Counted from the first letter of the stretch, positions 1-13,400 are shown. The stretch: DNA of 64,000 nucleotides from the human T2T-CHM13v2.0 reference genome, Homo sapiens (GCF_009914755.1 NC_060936.1); one strand, 5' to 3'. The notes: generated by a model from the letters alone, not told the origin. Translations and numbers: made by a program.

Positions 1-250
1 AGAGATGGCTTTGAGGGGAAAGCTCCTGAGTTGGTTTGGGGGAAATATTTGTTTTGAGATGCCTTTGAGACATTCAAGTGGAAATGTCAAATAGGTAGAT
101 GTATGGGATGAAACCCGGGGCAGAGGCTGGGAATGGGGGATTCAAATTTGTGAGTCATCTGCTTCTATTCAGTGAGGTAAATTAAGTGTGTGGGTGAAGT
201 AGCCTGGGGAAAGATACAGAGCGAGAAGAAGAGGGCCCAGGAGGAAATCT
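1..250 (-). mobile_element. L2 fragment
   Basis: Diverged L2-like text (tttgagatgcct..gacat.caagtggaaatgtcaaatagg; tttg.gagtcatc). Confidence 0.5.
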
Positions 251-1710
251 GGAGATTCATCTATTCCAACCCCGCTCTCTTTGATTCCTGCTTTCCAAGC
301 ACCTTCAGGTTCCAGGGCGATCTGATTGCAGGGAGAGAAAGCACACATCCTACAGACATCAGGTGTCCTTGTTCCTGTGGCAACCCACTCACAAAGGAGT
401 TTCACAAGTTATTTCTGATAATGATGTAGATTCTTATGTACAGGTTCACATGAGGAGAGAGTGTGTGGATCGTGTGAATGAGACAGTTACATTTGGTGTT
501 TTAAATGAATAGATTGGCATTCTGCAGCTGTCTCACTTTCTTGCATTTCAGGTACAGTGAGTCAGTCTCTCAGAACTACACATGACAGTCTTGGTATCTT
601 TTCTTTCTCTTTCAGGGGGCCATATCCAGCCTGACTCTCCCTCCTACAGACACCACTTTTAGCCTCCATGCAATTTAGTTATTTTCATTTCCCAACTTTC
701 AATATCCATGAAACTAAAAGCAAGGTCCTGCTATCAAGAGGTTCTAAAGAGACTGGGACCTTGAGGAGGATGGGAATGGTTGGAAAGAGGCATTATGTGG
801 TGTTCTAGGGAATCAATGTGGTTTGAATTAATAATTGGCAGTAAAGACCCAATTTAAGGTAGAGATTCTGAATTTGTAGAAGACCTGAACTGTACTGTTA
901 CATGACTTTCTTCTTCAAAACCAGGCAGTCAAGCCTTAATTTCTTATGCTCTCTAGATGCTCTTTTTGAGTGAAAAGCAGTTCATAGTTTAACTCCTAAC
1001 AGTGATTAATGTTTACAGTAGGAAAGCATAATGGAAAAATGTATGATATTTTGGTTCATACTTTTATTATTAAAGGCATTTTGGTTGCTAGTAAATGAAC
1101 ATGTGTTCACATCTCCATAATTATGTTCATATTTGGCGCATTTTGCTTTTCAGACCTTTTGTTTTGCTGTCATGTAATCAAATTATGTCTTACAAATAAA
1201 GTATAAATAAGAGCAAATTTCAACAAGTTACTTAACCTTTTTGTGCCTCAATTTCCTCATCTTTCAAACAAGGACAATAATACCTAGAGAAGGGAGAAAA
1301 CAATTTTCTCCCATTTTTTTTCACTCTCCTCACTTTTCTGCCTCAAAATAGACACTTCTCCCTCTTAGAGATTTTAGATTAAACCTTTCAGTTCTATTTT
1401 TCCCCCTTCTCACTAGCTTGTCCCCACAGGATGATAGCAATTTATATATTCCTACATTCAAATAGTACCTGGCATTGTGCCTGGTACATGCTAGAAACAG
1501 GATTAAAGTACCAAATATATTAGGTTTTCTAGTTATTATCCTCAACTTGGTGCCTTAACTCTTTGTTTGTGTTTTGTTTTGTCTTTAACAATAACACACT
1601 GCCATTCTAGTCTCATTTATAGGTCTACAACATGTTCCATCAGGATGCTTCATTTTTAAATTTGAATTTAACATCACAGATTGTTCATAGATGATTCCTC
1701 ACTTGACCTC

Positions 1711-1906
1711 CATTTCTTCCTTTTTTCTTTCTTTCTTTCTTTCTCTTTCTTTTTTCTTTCTCTCTCCCTCCCTCTTTCTTTCTTTTCCCCTTCCTTCCTT
1801 CCTTCGTTCCTTCGTTCCTTCCTTCCTTCCTTTCTTCTTCCTCCCTCCCTCCCTCCTCCCCTCCTTCCCCCCACCACCTCTTTGGCTCTTTCTTTCTCTC
1901 TCTCTC
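1711..1906. repeat. CT-rich simple repeat ((CTTT)n/(CCTT)n), probably an expanded Alu tail
   Basis: Near-pure pyrimidine tract abutting an antisense Alu. Confidence 0.9.
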
Positions 1907-2158
1907 TTTTGTGACAGGGGCTTACTCTGTCACCCAGGCTGCTCTGCCACCCAGGCTACAGTGCAGTGGTGCATTAATGGTTCACTGCAGCCTCCAACTC
2001 CTGAGTAGCTTGGACCACAGGCGCGTACAACCATGCACATATATACAAAATTTTTGTATTTTTTATAGAGACAGGGTTTCACTATGTTGCCCAGGATAGT
2101 TTTGAACTCCTGGGCTCAAGCAGTCTGCCTGCCTCAAAAAGTGCTGGGATTACAGGAG
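1907..2158 (-). mobile_element. AluJ-like, diverged, with an internal deletion and a short duplication
   Basis: tcactgcagcctc..aactcctgggctcaagc..gtgctgggattacagg; the segment ctctg(t/c)cacccaggct is duplicated. Confidence 0.85.
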
Positions 2159-2471
2159 TTCTGTTTATTTCTTAGTTGATATTCAGCCACGCTTAGAGAA
2201 TACCTCTTGTATCTTTAGTAGCCTGGAAACACTGACACAGATTTTTAAAGTTCTACTCATTCTGCTGAAAACCACCGTATCTTTAGATTATCCAGGGAAA
2301 CATATGACTGTCTTCTGTGTCAATACTTCTGATGCTCTGACTGTCCTACCTGATCTCCTCCCCACTTGAAATCAAATCCCCATTATTCTGCACACAGATT
2401 CTCTTGCTGATTTCCTGAGGATATCTCAACCAGCTCATTGGCTTAATTAACCACCACCAAACATTGGTCCC

Positions 2472-2836
2472 TGATATGGTTAGCTTTGTGTCCCCACCCA
2501 AATCTCATCTTGAATTATAATCCCCATAATCCCCAGGTGTCAAAGGAGAGACCAGGTGGAGGTAATTGGATCATGGGGGCAGCCCCCCACCCCATGCTGT
2601 TCTCATGTTAGTGAGTGAGTTCTCACAAGATCTGATGGTCTTATAAGGCTGGGCACTTCTCCTTCCTGCCCCTTGTGAAGAAGGTGCCTTGCTTCTCCCT
2701 CACCTTTCAACATGATTGTAAGTTTCCTGAGGCCTCCTCAGCCATGCTGAACTGTGAGTCAATGAAACCTCTTTCCTTTATAAATTACCCAGTCTCAGGC
2801 AGTTTTTTTATAGCAGTATGAAAACAGACTAATATA
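2472..2836 (+). mobile_element. THE1 (THE1D-like) MaLR solo LTR
   Basis: TGATATGGTT..gtgtccccacccaaatctcatcttgaatt..catgattgtaagtttcctgaggcctc..cagactaata. Confidence 0.9.
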
Positions 2837-3090
2837 ATCACCATGGATGTGTAGCCTGTGGAGCCATATGTTAACAGAATGATCTAAATCTCTTACATTT
2901 ATACAGTGCTTCCAACTTCACAAAATAGTTTATCACCCATTATCTCATTTAATATCCAAATAAGCTCTGCGAGCAATTAACTCAGTTTCAAAATAAGCAA
3001 AGTAGTAATTTAAGAGGTTAAGCAACTTCTTCAAGATCCTCCACTTTGTAGGACCTTGGGTGGCAACTCAGAAGTCCTGGTCCTATATAA

Positions 3091-3415
3091 CAGCAGTCCC
3101 TAACTTTTTTGGCACAAGGGACTGGTGTTGTGGAAGACAAATTTTCCACAGACCAGTCGGGGCTGAGGGGCAATGGTTTTGGGCTAAAATTGTTCCACGT
3201 CAGATCACCAAGCATTAGATTCTCATAAGGAGCAAGCAACCTAGATCCCTTGCATGTGCAGGTCACAATGGGGTTCACACTCCTATGAAAATCAAATGCC
3301 TCCACTGATCTGACAGTAGGCGGAGCTCAGGTGGTAATGCTTGCTAGCCTGCTGTGCAGCCCTGTTCCTAACAGGGCAAGGTACCAATCCATGGCCTGGG
3401 GGTTGAGGACCTCTG
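3091..3415 (-). mobile_element. MER1B-like hAT-Charlie MITE
   Basis: TIR-like ends cagcagtccctaac / gttgaggacctctg; internal gcattagattctcataaggagc and ggcggagctcagg. Confidence 0.85.
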
Positions 3416-4476
3416 TTTTATAGAACACTTATTTCCATTTAAGCCATATTTTCTTTGAAATTATTAAACAGACACATTTTCCAATCTTAGCTTTACTATT
3501 CTATTTACTTTTTCTGCCCTACAGTTTCTTCAACGCTCAGACAGGATTAATAGTATTGACCTCTCAGGATTTCTATCAATCAGCCTGGGCCCCCAGCAAG
3601 CATTCAATTATGTTAAAAGAAAGAACAAGAGACCAGAAGTAGAGGATTAAGCTTCAGAGAGAGAAATGAAATGACTATGAGATACTATCTTATGTTTTAT
3701 TCTGGGTAATTTTTCATCCCAACCCTAGATCTAAGAAGATTTCTAGGGCATTTGGCTGCCTTAAGAGGAGTTTGTAGATCGCCACTAAAACAAAAGTACC
3801 TGAAGACCACCACCTCTACATGTGTAAACTCATAGATTAGAATAGGTCTGGTATCTCTAAGATTACAGGCCCATGGGATTAGTGGGGATTCTCAGTCATT
3901 TTCAACCCACTCTCTTGTAGTACCTGAAGGAAGTGATCTTAGAAAGATCTGAAAAAAAATTGGTGGATTTGGAAGGTTAAACATTTGACTCTGAGATTTT
4001 GGCACCAATAAGATTCTTAGGCCCCAATCATGGCGGAAGGGCTGCCAAACTTCAAGAACTCATAATAGGATAAACCTGAAGGGCTCCACTTCCATTTTAG
4101 TGAGCCACATAAGATACTACATTCTCAACAGGGGCCAGGAAAAGAGAGCAGGTTCCCACCATATAATTGAGTTTTAATCTCTAAACATTGCAGTGTGACA
4201 GTAACTGCTACAGTTAGCTTTCTTTAAATTAATTAATGTAAAACAATGTGATGTTCCTTACACACCTTCTTTGGAGTACTAAGATTCACATCCATTAAAA
4301 TGGCATTAGAGTGAGAGGGGAGAAAGGGAAGAGAGATTAATGCTAGTGTGATAAACCATAAGAAAAGGGGAGAAATCTGCATACGAGAGAAGGAAACAAT
4401 GCCAAAATATGGCTGTAGAGTAAGAGGAATAATTAAATGCCAATGGGAAAAATTTATAAATTTCCATTAATCTTGT

Positions 4477-4825
4477 GGCTATGGACTGAATATTTGTGTC
4501 TCCCCCAGATTCATTTGAAGTCCTAACCCCAAGGTTAAGAGTATTAGGAGATAGGAATTTTGAAAAGCAATTACGACATGAGGGCTCTGCCCTCATGAAT
4601 ATGATTAGTGCCCTTATAAAAGAGGCCCAAGGGGGCTGCCTTGCCCCTTCCATCATGTGGGGACCTGGGATCTATGAACCTGGAATAAGGCCTTCACAAA
4701 ACACTGAATCTGCCAGAGGCTTAGTCTTGGACTTCCCCACCTCCAGAACTGAGAGGAATAAATTTTTGTTGTTGATAAGCCACTCAGTCTATAATGTGTT
4801 ATAGCAGCCCAAACAAACTAAGACA
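4477..4825 (+). mobile_element. MLT1A-type MaLR solo LTR
   Basis: gctatggactgaa..ccctcatgaat..cctccagaactg..aaactaagaca; 5-bp TSD CTTGT at 4472-4476 and 4826-4830. Confidence 0.9.
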
Positions 4826-5240
4826 CTTGTTAACTCTCCTGAGGAGTGGCATTATAACTTTCTGCATAATAGTCACCTACTGGACAACTATTGACAAAGT
4901 ACCTTTGTTCTTAGAAGCTTGACTTAAGTGGTGCCATCCATCCACAGCAGACTGCCAGAGGGAAAATGATATTTACCTCATTCCTGTGTTCCTTAGTGAT
5001 AGGAACGTTGTTACTTACTTACTGTTACACCCCCAGCATCTTGCAGATAGAAAGTACTCAATAAACCTTCCCTGAACATATGTTGGACTGAATAATTGAA
5101 TGAATTCTGCTTTATAAAACCTTTGGAACATCTCCTATAGATATTTCACTATTCACTAAACAGAGGTCCAGTTACTTCCACCAAGGTTTGTCTAAGAGAA
5201 ATAAATGGGCCTAACCTCCCAATATCAATTTATATCTGTA

Positions 5241-5493
5241 ATAATCAGATATTTCTGAAGCTGCATCTTACTCATTTTAAGTGATCATTGTTTACAAATC
5301 AAAACTCAGAAAATACAGATGAACTTTTATTTGCTTTAAAACAGTCAGCAGGACGTAGAACACATAATCAGATATTTCTGAAGCTGCATCTTACTCATTC
5401 TAAGTGATCATTGTTTACAAATCAAAATTCAGAAAATACAGATGAACTTTTATTTGCTTTGAAACAGTCAGCAGGACGTAGAACACATAATCA
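5241..5493. repeat. 123-bp tandem duplication
   Basis: Copies start at 5241 and 5364 and differ by 3 substitutions; ATAATCA occurs at 5241, 5364 and 5487. Confidence 0.95.
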
Positions 5494-6480
5494 CTCTCCA
5501 TGTGTTTCTTGATGATCGCATGTGAAATAACAAGGATCCTCCTTGTAAGCAATAGTTCAATTGTGTGCATCTGGTGGTAGAGAGAAAGAACGCATTGCCC
5601 TCTGGCTTATGGTTCCATTTTAGTAACTAAAAAAATATATAAAAATAGGAAGACTGTGTATAAACAAGTAACTGTAGCATATTTCTCTCTACTGTTGGTA
5701 CTCATCACTTTCTAATAGAATTAATGATTTAACATATGCTGTTAAGTTGGACTTCATCATAGAAGCCAAGGTTTTCTTAAAAAAATCAATATTTAAATAT
5801 ATTTTGTACTTTAAACTGCTTCCTAGAAATAAATGCAGAAAAAGGATGCAATAATTCAGTCCAGTAAGCACTAACTATGAAACCACTGTGTGCCTGCACT
5901 GTTTGGGGAATTTGTCTTTAACCATAAAAGGCAAAATTTTGGTTTTTTTTTTACCCCATTCAATTTACTTGAATATTTTCAGGCTGTTGGAAGTTTTAAA
6001 TATCTTGATGCTCAATGTGGAAGTGGAGAAAAACATCAAGCAATATGTGTAGCTTAACTGGGGGCAAAATGCAGTTCTTATTTCTTCTCTGCCTGGGAAT
6101 GGGAAAATAGACATAGATCATCTTATTATTTTTAAAAAAGGTAAAGATTATTTTGTGATCAGCATATTTATATGGAAGCAAAATTTTGGGTGTTTTACAA
6201 GGCAAGAATATGTATTAGGCAAAATAGCATCATGCTAACAAAAAGTGTTCAATATATGGCTTTTGTGGTGCTGATTTTTAGATACACAGTACAACTGACA
6301 AAACTAATCTCTTTTGTGTTATCACCAAGAAAAGTAGGTCAGTCTATTCTAATTGGAATGTCTGGAAAATCTTAAAAACTCAAAATAAGTGTAATCAAGT
6401 TGTTTTTTTGCCAATTAATAGACAAGTTGAGGGAATATATTAAAATAAATGAAGAGCAGTTGAAAATACTTCAGAACGAT

Positions 6481-6587
6481 GTTCTCTCTCTTCTCCCTCT
6501 TCCTGCTCTTCCTCCTCTTCCTCTTCTTCCTCTTCCTCTTCTTCTTCTTCCTCTTCCTCTTCCTCTTCTTCTTCTTCTTCCTTTCTC

Positions 6588-6624
<37 letters not shown>

Positions 6625-6632
6625 CTCTGTCT
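6481..6632. repeat. (CTCTTC/CTT)n + (CT)n simple repeat
   Basis: Pyrimidine tract; source of the spurious poly-E and L/P ORFs in the track. Confidence 0.95.
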
Positions 6633-7879
6633 CTCCTGGTCACTGGGCTTTCAATTTCTAACTCCTACATCGGTGATGGATAAGAGACTGACTTTAGTAG
6701 TTTCTCATGCATCAGAAGCAACAGCTGTTTTAACTGGCAGATCAATGCGACCATTCCTGACAGGAAGTGCACTAGGACAATGAATGTAATCGAAGCTGCA
6801 GAATTTAGGGAGGCAGCATACCATTGACCAACTTGGAATGTGGCCAGATTATTGCAGCTAATACTTCTTTCCAGAGGAAGGAACTCACTGCACAAAGTCA
6901 TAACTTCATCTGGACTGAAGGCCTTTTCTCTCTGGCAGTTCTATCCTTCTCCTCTTAATGATATGCCATAGTTTAGAATTATTTTTTAAAGAAGTACCCA
7001 GCATGATATATGAATGCCAACTTCTTTAAATGTATGTTTTGCCATTTTTACAGTTTATCAAACCAGATTTACACAAAATACCTAGGGAAAAATAAATAAC
7101 AGAACAGATAAGGTAGTTGGGTAATGGTATGGTGAAAGGATTACATAAACTGTTTTTATTTTACAAATTAAAATTCTAAAACAGATCACTTGAGAACTGG
7201 ACGACTTACAATTCCACTTGAGTGATGTGCATTTATGGAGCAGGTGTTATGAAAAGGACTGGAGCACGGAAAGAATGAAGCTGTCTTTCAACATTTTAAT
7301 CTCAAGGGAAATCTTACAGAACCAACAGCATAGATGGATACTGAGTGAACAGATGACAAGTGGGGTTGCTCCATTCTCTGGAAAATATGATGATAAGCAA
7401 CAGATTTCAGCTGTTCCTTAAATTTTTCCTCTACTGGAAGACAAAGCTGCCAAGAAATGAGGATACACAGATTATGACACAAAAATAACCCCTCCACCTG
7501 TATCACATCCTGACAAGTCACAGCATTTCTTTGATTCAAGTGTAGGAGACCTACTCATGAAGAGAAATTATCTTCTCATATGAAATATTGTATTCCACAA
7601 AAGAATAAAGCAAAACAAATAAGTATTTCTGTGACATTCTTTAGCAATCAGTTTAAAATACCTCTTAACATCTGTAATCAGGGGTTCACATAAATACTAG
7701 CATAGAAGGTTGAATCCCACTTTCAAACAACACCACCATCACAACACAGACAGCAATTACCAAAGCTAGGAGAAATTAAAGGCAAAGTTCTAATTACTCG
7801 AATTAAATACACATTATTTACTCTAATTTAAATACACATTATTTTTTAGCTCTTGTGATACAAAATGGAACTTATGCCT

Positions 7880-8600
7880 GCTCCTAACATTTGTGGAGGC
7901 CAAGGCAACAATATAAAAGCAGGCCTATATATTACCACATATCTTTTAAATTAAGTAAACAGATCTTTCCATTTACTGTAACAAATACACTTTCACAGCA
8001 AATGAAACAAAATCAGAAAATATGTGTAAAGCTGTGTGTTTTACATGACTTAAACTTGGCAAAATACCAAAGCTGAATGAATTTAATGACTATTGCTTGT
8101 ATTGGGTGTTTAGTTGATGGGCAAATGATGTCTTGATTAATCATACAATTAACAACCATAATAAATATATTATTATATGTTATGGGCTAATGATGTCTTG
8201 ATAATACAATTAACAACCATAATAAATATATTATTATATGTTTTCTATAAAATTTGTTTTCTTCATTTCAGCAAACTCATTAAATAGGTTTTTGAAATCA
8301 AGATTTTTACATATGTAATTTGTTTTCTTATAACATTAATGATCTAAAGAACTAAATATGTAATTATATTCAAAGTATACAGAATTTGAATATATTTTCA
8401 TCAATAATAAATGTATGTAAATGGAAACATTTTAATTATTTTGTTATCAAACAAAATTATGTCTTCTAAAATATTCTTAAAAGGTAGAATTCAAATTATA
8501 ATTATTAAACATAAGTACTTTAAAAAATTACTTAAATCTTATTAAATAATTTTATTAAAATAAATCAATTTATAGCTCTACTATTCAAGGTTCATGTGGT
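7880..8600 (-). mobile_element. Ancient hAT (Tip100/Zaphod-like) transposon fragment
   Basis: Minus strand 8314-8243 reads ICKNLDFKNLFNEFAEMKKTNFIE, resembling a hAT transposase C-terminus. A MER115/Zaphod-like end lies near 7880-7930. Boundaries are approximate. Confidence 0.55.
8117..8242. repeat. ~60-65-bp tandem duplication
   Basis: atgggc.aatgatgtcttgat..atacaattaacaaccataataaatatattattatatgtt occurs at 8117 and 8182. Confidence 0.9.
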
Positions 8601-10705
8601 TGCCAATGTAAAGAATCAGTATCACACATTTTATTACTAGACCTACAAATACAAAGTTAAAAGAATGTCCTTCAGCTGCCATGTGTAACAGTTGAGAATA
8701 GCATACTAAATTTGTGAGTACAGACAGAATCACGAATGGGGAACATATAAAGAAGAAAGGCACATTGGGACCTAAGCAGTACAATGTGGTTGAAGGTGCT
8801 GAAAAAAATAGTTGCTGTGGAAGGAAAACCTACCCCAGCTGTTGGGTGATTTCATGAGGGAACTCTCTCGCAGTCCAGCATACAGAGTCCAAAGATGCGT
8901 GATGAAGTTGGGCTGATTCCAGCAGGTATGGCTATCCAAGGAGATTCAATCTGCTGGGTGGGAATACAGCCAAAGGAGCCCATAGGCATCAGGCTGTACT
9001 AGAAGTAAAGAGATGGATGGAACTGTGGTTTGAAGTGATATACAGCAGAACCTCCTCGAGTAGTGGAAGGGTCCAGGTAACAGAGCTCTACCTCCATAGA
9101 CAAGCCTGTCAAAGCTAGGCAGGATGTCAGGGCCCCAGCCAAGTGGGCTTGGGTGTAGGGAAAAGCTCTATATCCAGATGGCTTTGAAATAATTAGAGAA
9201 AACCAAAGCAGATGTCTGGATGTATACATAGATTCGCTCCATACAACTAGGGTGAGAGGAAAGCAATGATTCAACAGGCAAATGATGGGGGTGAAACAGG
9301 AAGCATATGGACCCCTGGTCCCCTCCACTTGCTGATGGTGCAGATTTTAGGCTCTGGTGAAAACTGTTTCTGGTTTTGGTTGAGGTTGACTCTATATAGA
9401 AAGGGCATTAATTATTATAGGTGAGTGAAGCTCAGGAAGAGATTGGCTGAACAATATTAAAATAGTTCCATGAGAGGGCAAATATTTTTTAAGTGTACAT
9501 ATGGGATTGGTAGGGAAATTATTTATTATTGGTTTAATCCATGGGTCCAACATATTGGTGAAAGCTAATTTAACTTTCGCTATGATGACATTTTGACCCA
9601 ATATATGTGGGTAAATTTGGCATTAAAACATTATACAAGTTTTCATTGATAATATCACGTGAAAGGATATATAAAATCAATTTTGGAAAATATTTATCAT
9701 ACATATTAAGACTCTTGAAACTGCTATTTTCTATAAGTCAAAATGGGGCCCTGTGACTCTGCAATTACCTTAATATGGATAGTTTTTGTGACAATGCTGA
9801 ATGACTGAAATTGTGTATCACTTTTTAGTATCCAGTATAAAATAGATCTCTATTATGAGACTAAGCTGATCCATGGATCAGCTGTGTCTGTGAAAATGCA
9901 AATTTTTGAACACAAGATTTTAGAGGAAAGATGAAGTATATTCTTTCAAGTCCAAAAAAGTATTCTAGATTAATTTCACATTCTGAAGATGACTTTCAAT
10001 GCTTTCAGTAATGCTGACATCGTACAGGATTTCAAAGAAAGTTTTAGATTTGGAACATGGGTTTCAAGCGGCTGGCAAGCAACATGCAGCATTTGCTTGT
10101 TCTTACTGGCTTTTAAAATTCCAGATCAACAACTTTGTCTTTATATGACACAAGAGACTCATAATCAAGGAGCCACGTAGTCATTTAGACTTGGGGGTCT
10201 GCACTTTATAAAGTAATAAGTGAATCATAGGAAATCGAAATAATTTGTATTGATGTTTTTCCTAAAAAAGATCCTATTTTAAATAATATTTTAGCTCCCC
10301 TGACTGATGTAAACTAGGAAATGACCTCTCCTAGGAAATCACTTAGGTGGAAGAATTCATTTTGCTGATATTCAGGAAAACACTTTGATTTTAACTGTAG
10401 TTTAATATTATTTCCTGCTTACCTCCTTTACATAAGAGCCAACATATCAGTCTCCCTTTAAAAACATGTTCCTATTTCATTTAAATTATTCTCCCACTAG
10501 TCAGCTTCTTGAAATAAGGGTTGGCATTACAGACATAAGCTGTAGTGTGTATTTAAAAAATATATTTAGTAGCATTAACTAAAAATACACAAAAATATTA
10601 ATACTTAAGTCCAATGATATCTAAAAAAACTGATAATGATATGACATGAGTGTGTGCTCTGCCAGTACTTATTCATAGTCACCTAAAGTGATTTCCTAGC
10701 ATCAC

Positions 10706-10906
10706 TTTTTTATTGCAGTAACAAAAATAACACACAATGAAATCTACCTTCTTAACAAAGTTTAAAGCATACTGTACAGAATTGTTAACTAATATACACA
10801 TTGTTACACAGCAGATCTCTAGGAGTTTTTCCTGCCTGTGTGACTGAAATTCTATACTCATTGACAGCACCTCCTCATTTCCCCTCCTTCCTGACCCCTG
10901 GCAACC
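10706..10906 (-). mobile_element. Old L1 (L1MA/MB) 3' end
   Basis: aaatctacc..ttgttaacta..cagcagatctctag..actgaaa..cccctggcaacc. Confidence 0.75.
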
Positions 10907-13099
10907 TTCCAGTTGCCACTTTTAATGAATGATCCTTTATTTAATAGTCTGCATTTCTAGAATTCTTCATAAGTACCTATTCCTATTGTTATGAATTTTT
11001 GTTTTGAGTTGTTTTTACTAAATAATTGTTTCCAGAATCTTCAAAAGCTTTCCAGGGATGACTAGCCATTTTTTTACTTCTTTGTTATCTGGTGTTTCTG
11101 TTACAAAACATAATTCTTAATTAGAAATTTTAATAAGATGAAGTGACAGAAAATGTAATTGGTACATCTTTGTGTATACATTGCATTCTTTAATCTCTGC
11201 ATCTGACCTCAAGGTAAAAGGCTAATTTTATTCTGTCTACAAAATAATTTGATACGGTATTCCTTGATGTCTATCTGTGCATAATGGCGTCATCCCCCAG
11301 TTGGCTCTGAATACTAGTTTGTGAGATAAGACTTCTAATAGTAGTAGTCCATTCCCTACCTGAATCTTAGCTTCTTAGTATTCTCTACAGGAATTTGCTA
11401 CTACTAGTATGTCTATCTTTTCTATTACAAATTCTTTATATCCTGCCCAAACTCTAGACTTTGCCTTCATTTTTGTTTATGCAAAATCTAAACATGATTG
11501 TGTTTTTATGGTACACAGGTCTATCTACTTCCATTCCATTTTCTCACAAAAAGCTCACCAGAGCAAAGAAGACCATTGACATTCTCCCAAAAGCTGTTCC
11601 CTCACCATATTACAAAGGGCTTAAAGAAGGAGAAAGCTACCATATCAAATCTTAAATTACCCTATCCTAAAAATGGTTCTCAATACTGTTAATAAGATGG
11701 ACACCGTAATATAAAGACCTAAAAGGCTTTTGGAACAGGCAGACATAATATAGAATCCTGGGTCATCGTTTGGTCATTGCACAGTCAAGTTACATAATAT
11801 TCTTGACTTTCGATTTTGTCATTTTTGAAAAAACAATAATAATATCAATCTGAGCAATACTATCAATTCTCTATTGCGAAAATTAAGTTATATGCATATT
11901 TAAAGTACCTGACATGGTGCCTGTGCAGATTAAGTGCTGAACACATATAAAGATCTTTCCTTTTGTGTTCTTACTTCGGAACCCTGACTTGTTTTAGTAG
12001 TGGCTAAGAGAGACTGTTAAGGAGATGAAGAGATTAGAAAAGACATTGTGTTCAAACGAGGTCTACACGTGGGCAGCCTGAGTGCTTAGCTGTAAGTAGA
12101 ATTATTTGGGCAGATATTGACACGTGTACCCAGAGCCAGGTTAAAGGATGGGTCAGCTGATCTATTAGAGATACCAAGTCACCACTGGAATTAATTAGAG
12201 ATATGGTGCTTATGTGAATCCTTTTATGAGTGGCAAAGTGTAAAAATGATCGATCCCTTGAATTGCAACTCAAAACTACTCTGGGCCAGAATCAACCTAT
12301 CTCCACTAGCTATTCTGAAGTATGCCCCTGTAAGTACATGGCCCTGTAAGTACAGGCCCTGCCACCAACCCTGAGACTAAAGTCTGTAGTTGCTGTCAGC
12401 TGAAATGTTAAAACTGACTAGAACACATGGTATATGATATTTGTTGAGAATCAGTGATTTATATCTGAAGTTTAAGCACTGATATGTTTCCAAAGATACT
12501 GTCTGGTTCTGAAACATCACAAAAGTAAAACTGAAGATAGAACAGAAACCACAGAAAAATGAAAAATGTTTTGTAGGTATTAATATGCAAGAGATAGAGA
12601 AAGAGAGAGAAGAAAAAAATTTAAGTACTAGAAACTTGTAACTATATCCATTAAAATCACTTATCACTTGTGAATGCTGGTGACTAGTGCTGTCCACGTG
12701 ACAGTACAGATATGAGTGATAATTTCAGATAAATTAAAATGTTATATTGCTTTTAGTACATATCACAAATTCCTCATTTTGAATATAAAGAGAAATACAT
12801 GTGGAACAAATACTTTAAGAATATTGATGAGAAGGGATGACACTCACATATTTTAATCCTACCCAGCCTGTTTTGCTAGTCGATATTTTAGGGCATAGAT
12901 ATTTATTCTACTTTTTGTACAAAGAAACTCAGAGAACAGACATAATCACATTCATATATCTAAATGCCTACATACACATAATCACATACCTCCATGTAAA
13001 TATACTCAAGATATAAATAAATAAGAAAACAAGAGCCAAATTATAGGGACTTATAATAGCAAATGGAAATAAAATTTTAAGTGTTATAATTAAACGGGG

Positions 13100-13400
13100 T
13101 TTGGAAACGATTTTCAAAAAGAACAAAATTGTAGAAATTATACTACCCAACTTCAACACTTATAAAGGTGTAGTAATCAAGACAGTTTGATATTGGCATA
13201 AAAATAGACAAAATAATCAATAGACAGTATATATGCACAGAAATGGACCTACACACACACACACACACACACAAACACACACATATATACCGACATATGA
13301 TATATATGTATATATATCAATTGACAAAGATGCAAAGGCAATTCAGTGGAGAAAATAGACTTTTTCAACAAATTGTGCTGGAACAAATGAATATCCAAGG
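13100..13400 (+). mobile_element. Old L1 ORF2 fragment interrupted by a (CA)n/(TA)n microsatellite (13251-13318)
   Basis: gtaatcaagacag..tattggcataaaaatagaca..ttgacaaagatgcaaaggcaattcagtggagaaa..tttttcaacaaat.gtgctggaacaa. Confidence 0.8.

Noticed and set aside
5241-5493. Repeats as possible CRISPR-like arrays (also 22725-23004, 40078-40136 and the LTR12 repeats)
   Set aside because: Direct tandem copies with no unique spacers, no cas genes, and a primate context.
6400-6783. Poly-E, L/P-rich and F/L-rich ORFs (also at 1674-2008)
   Set aside because: Translations of simple repeats.
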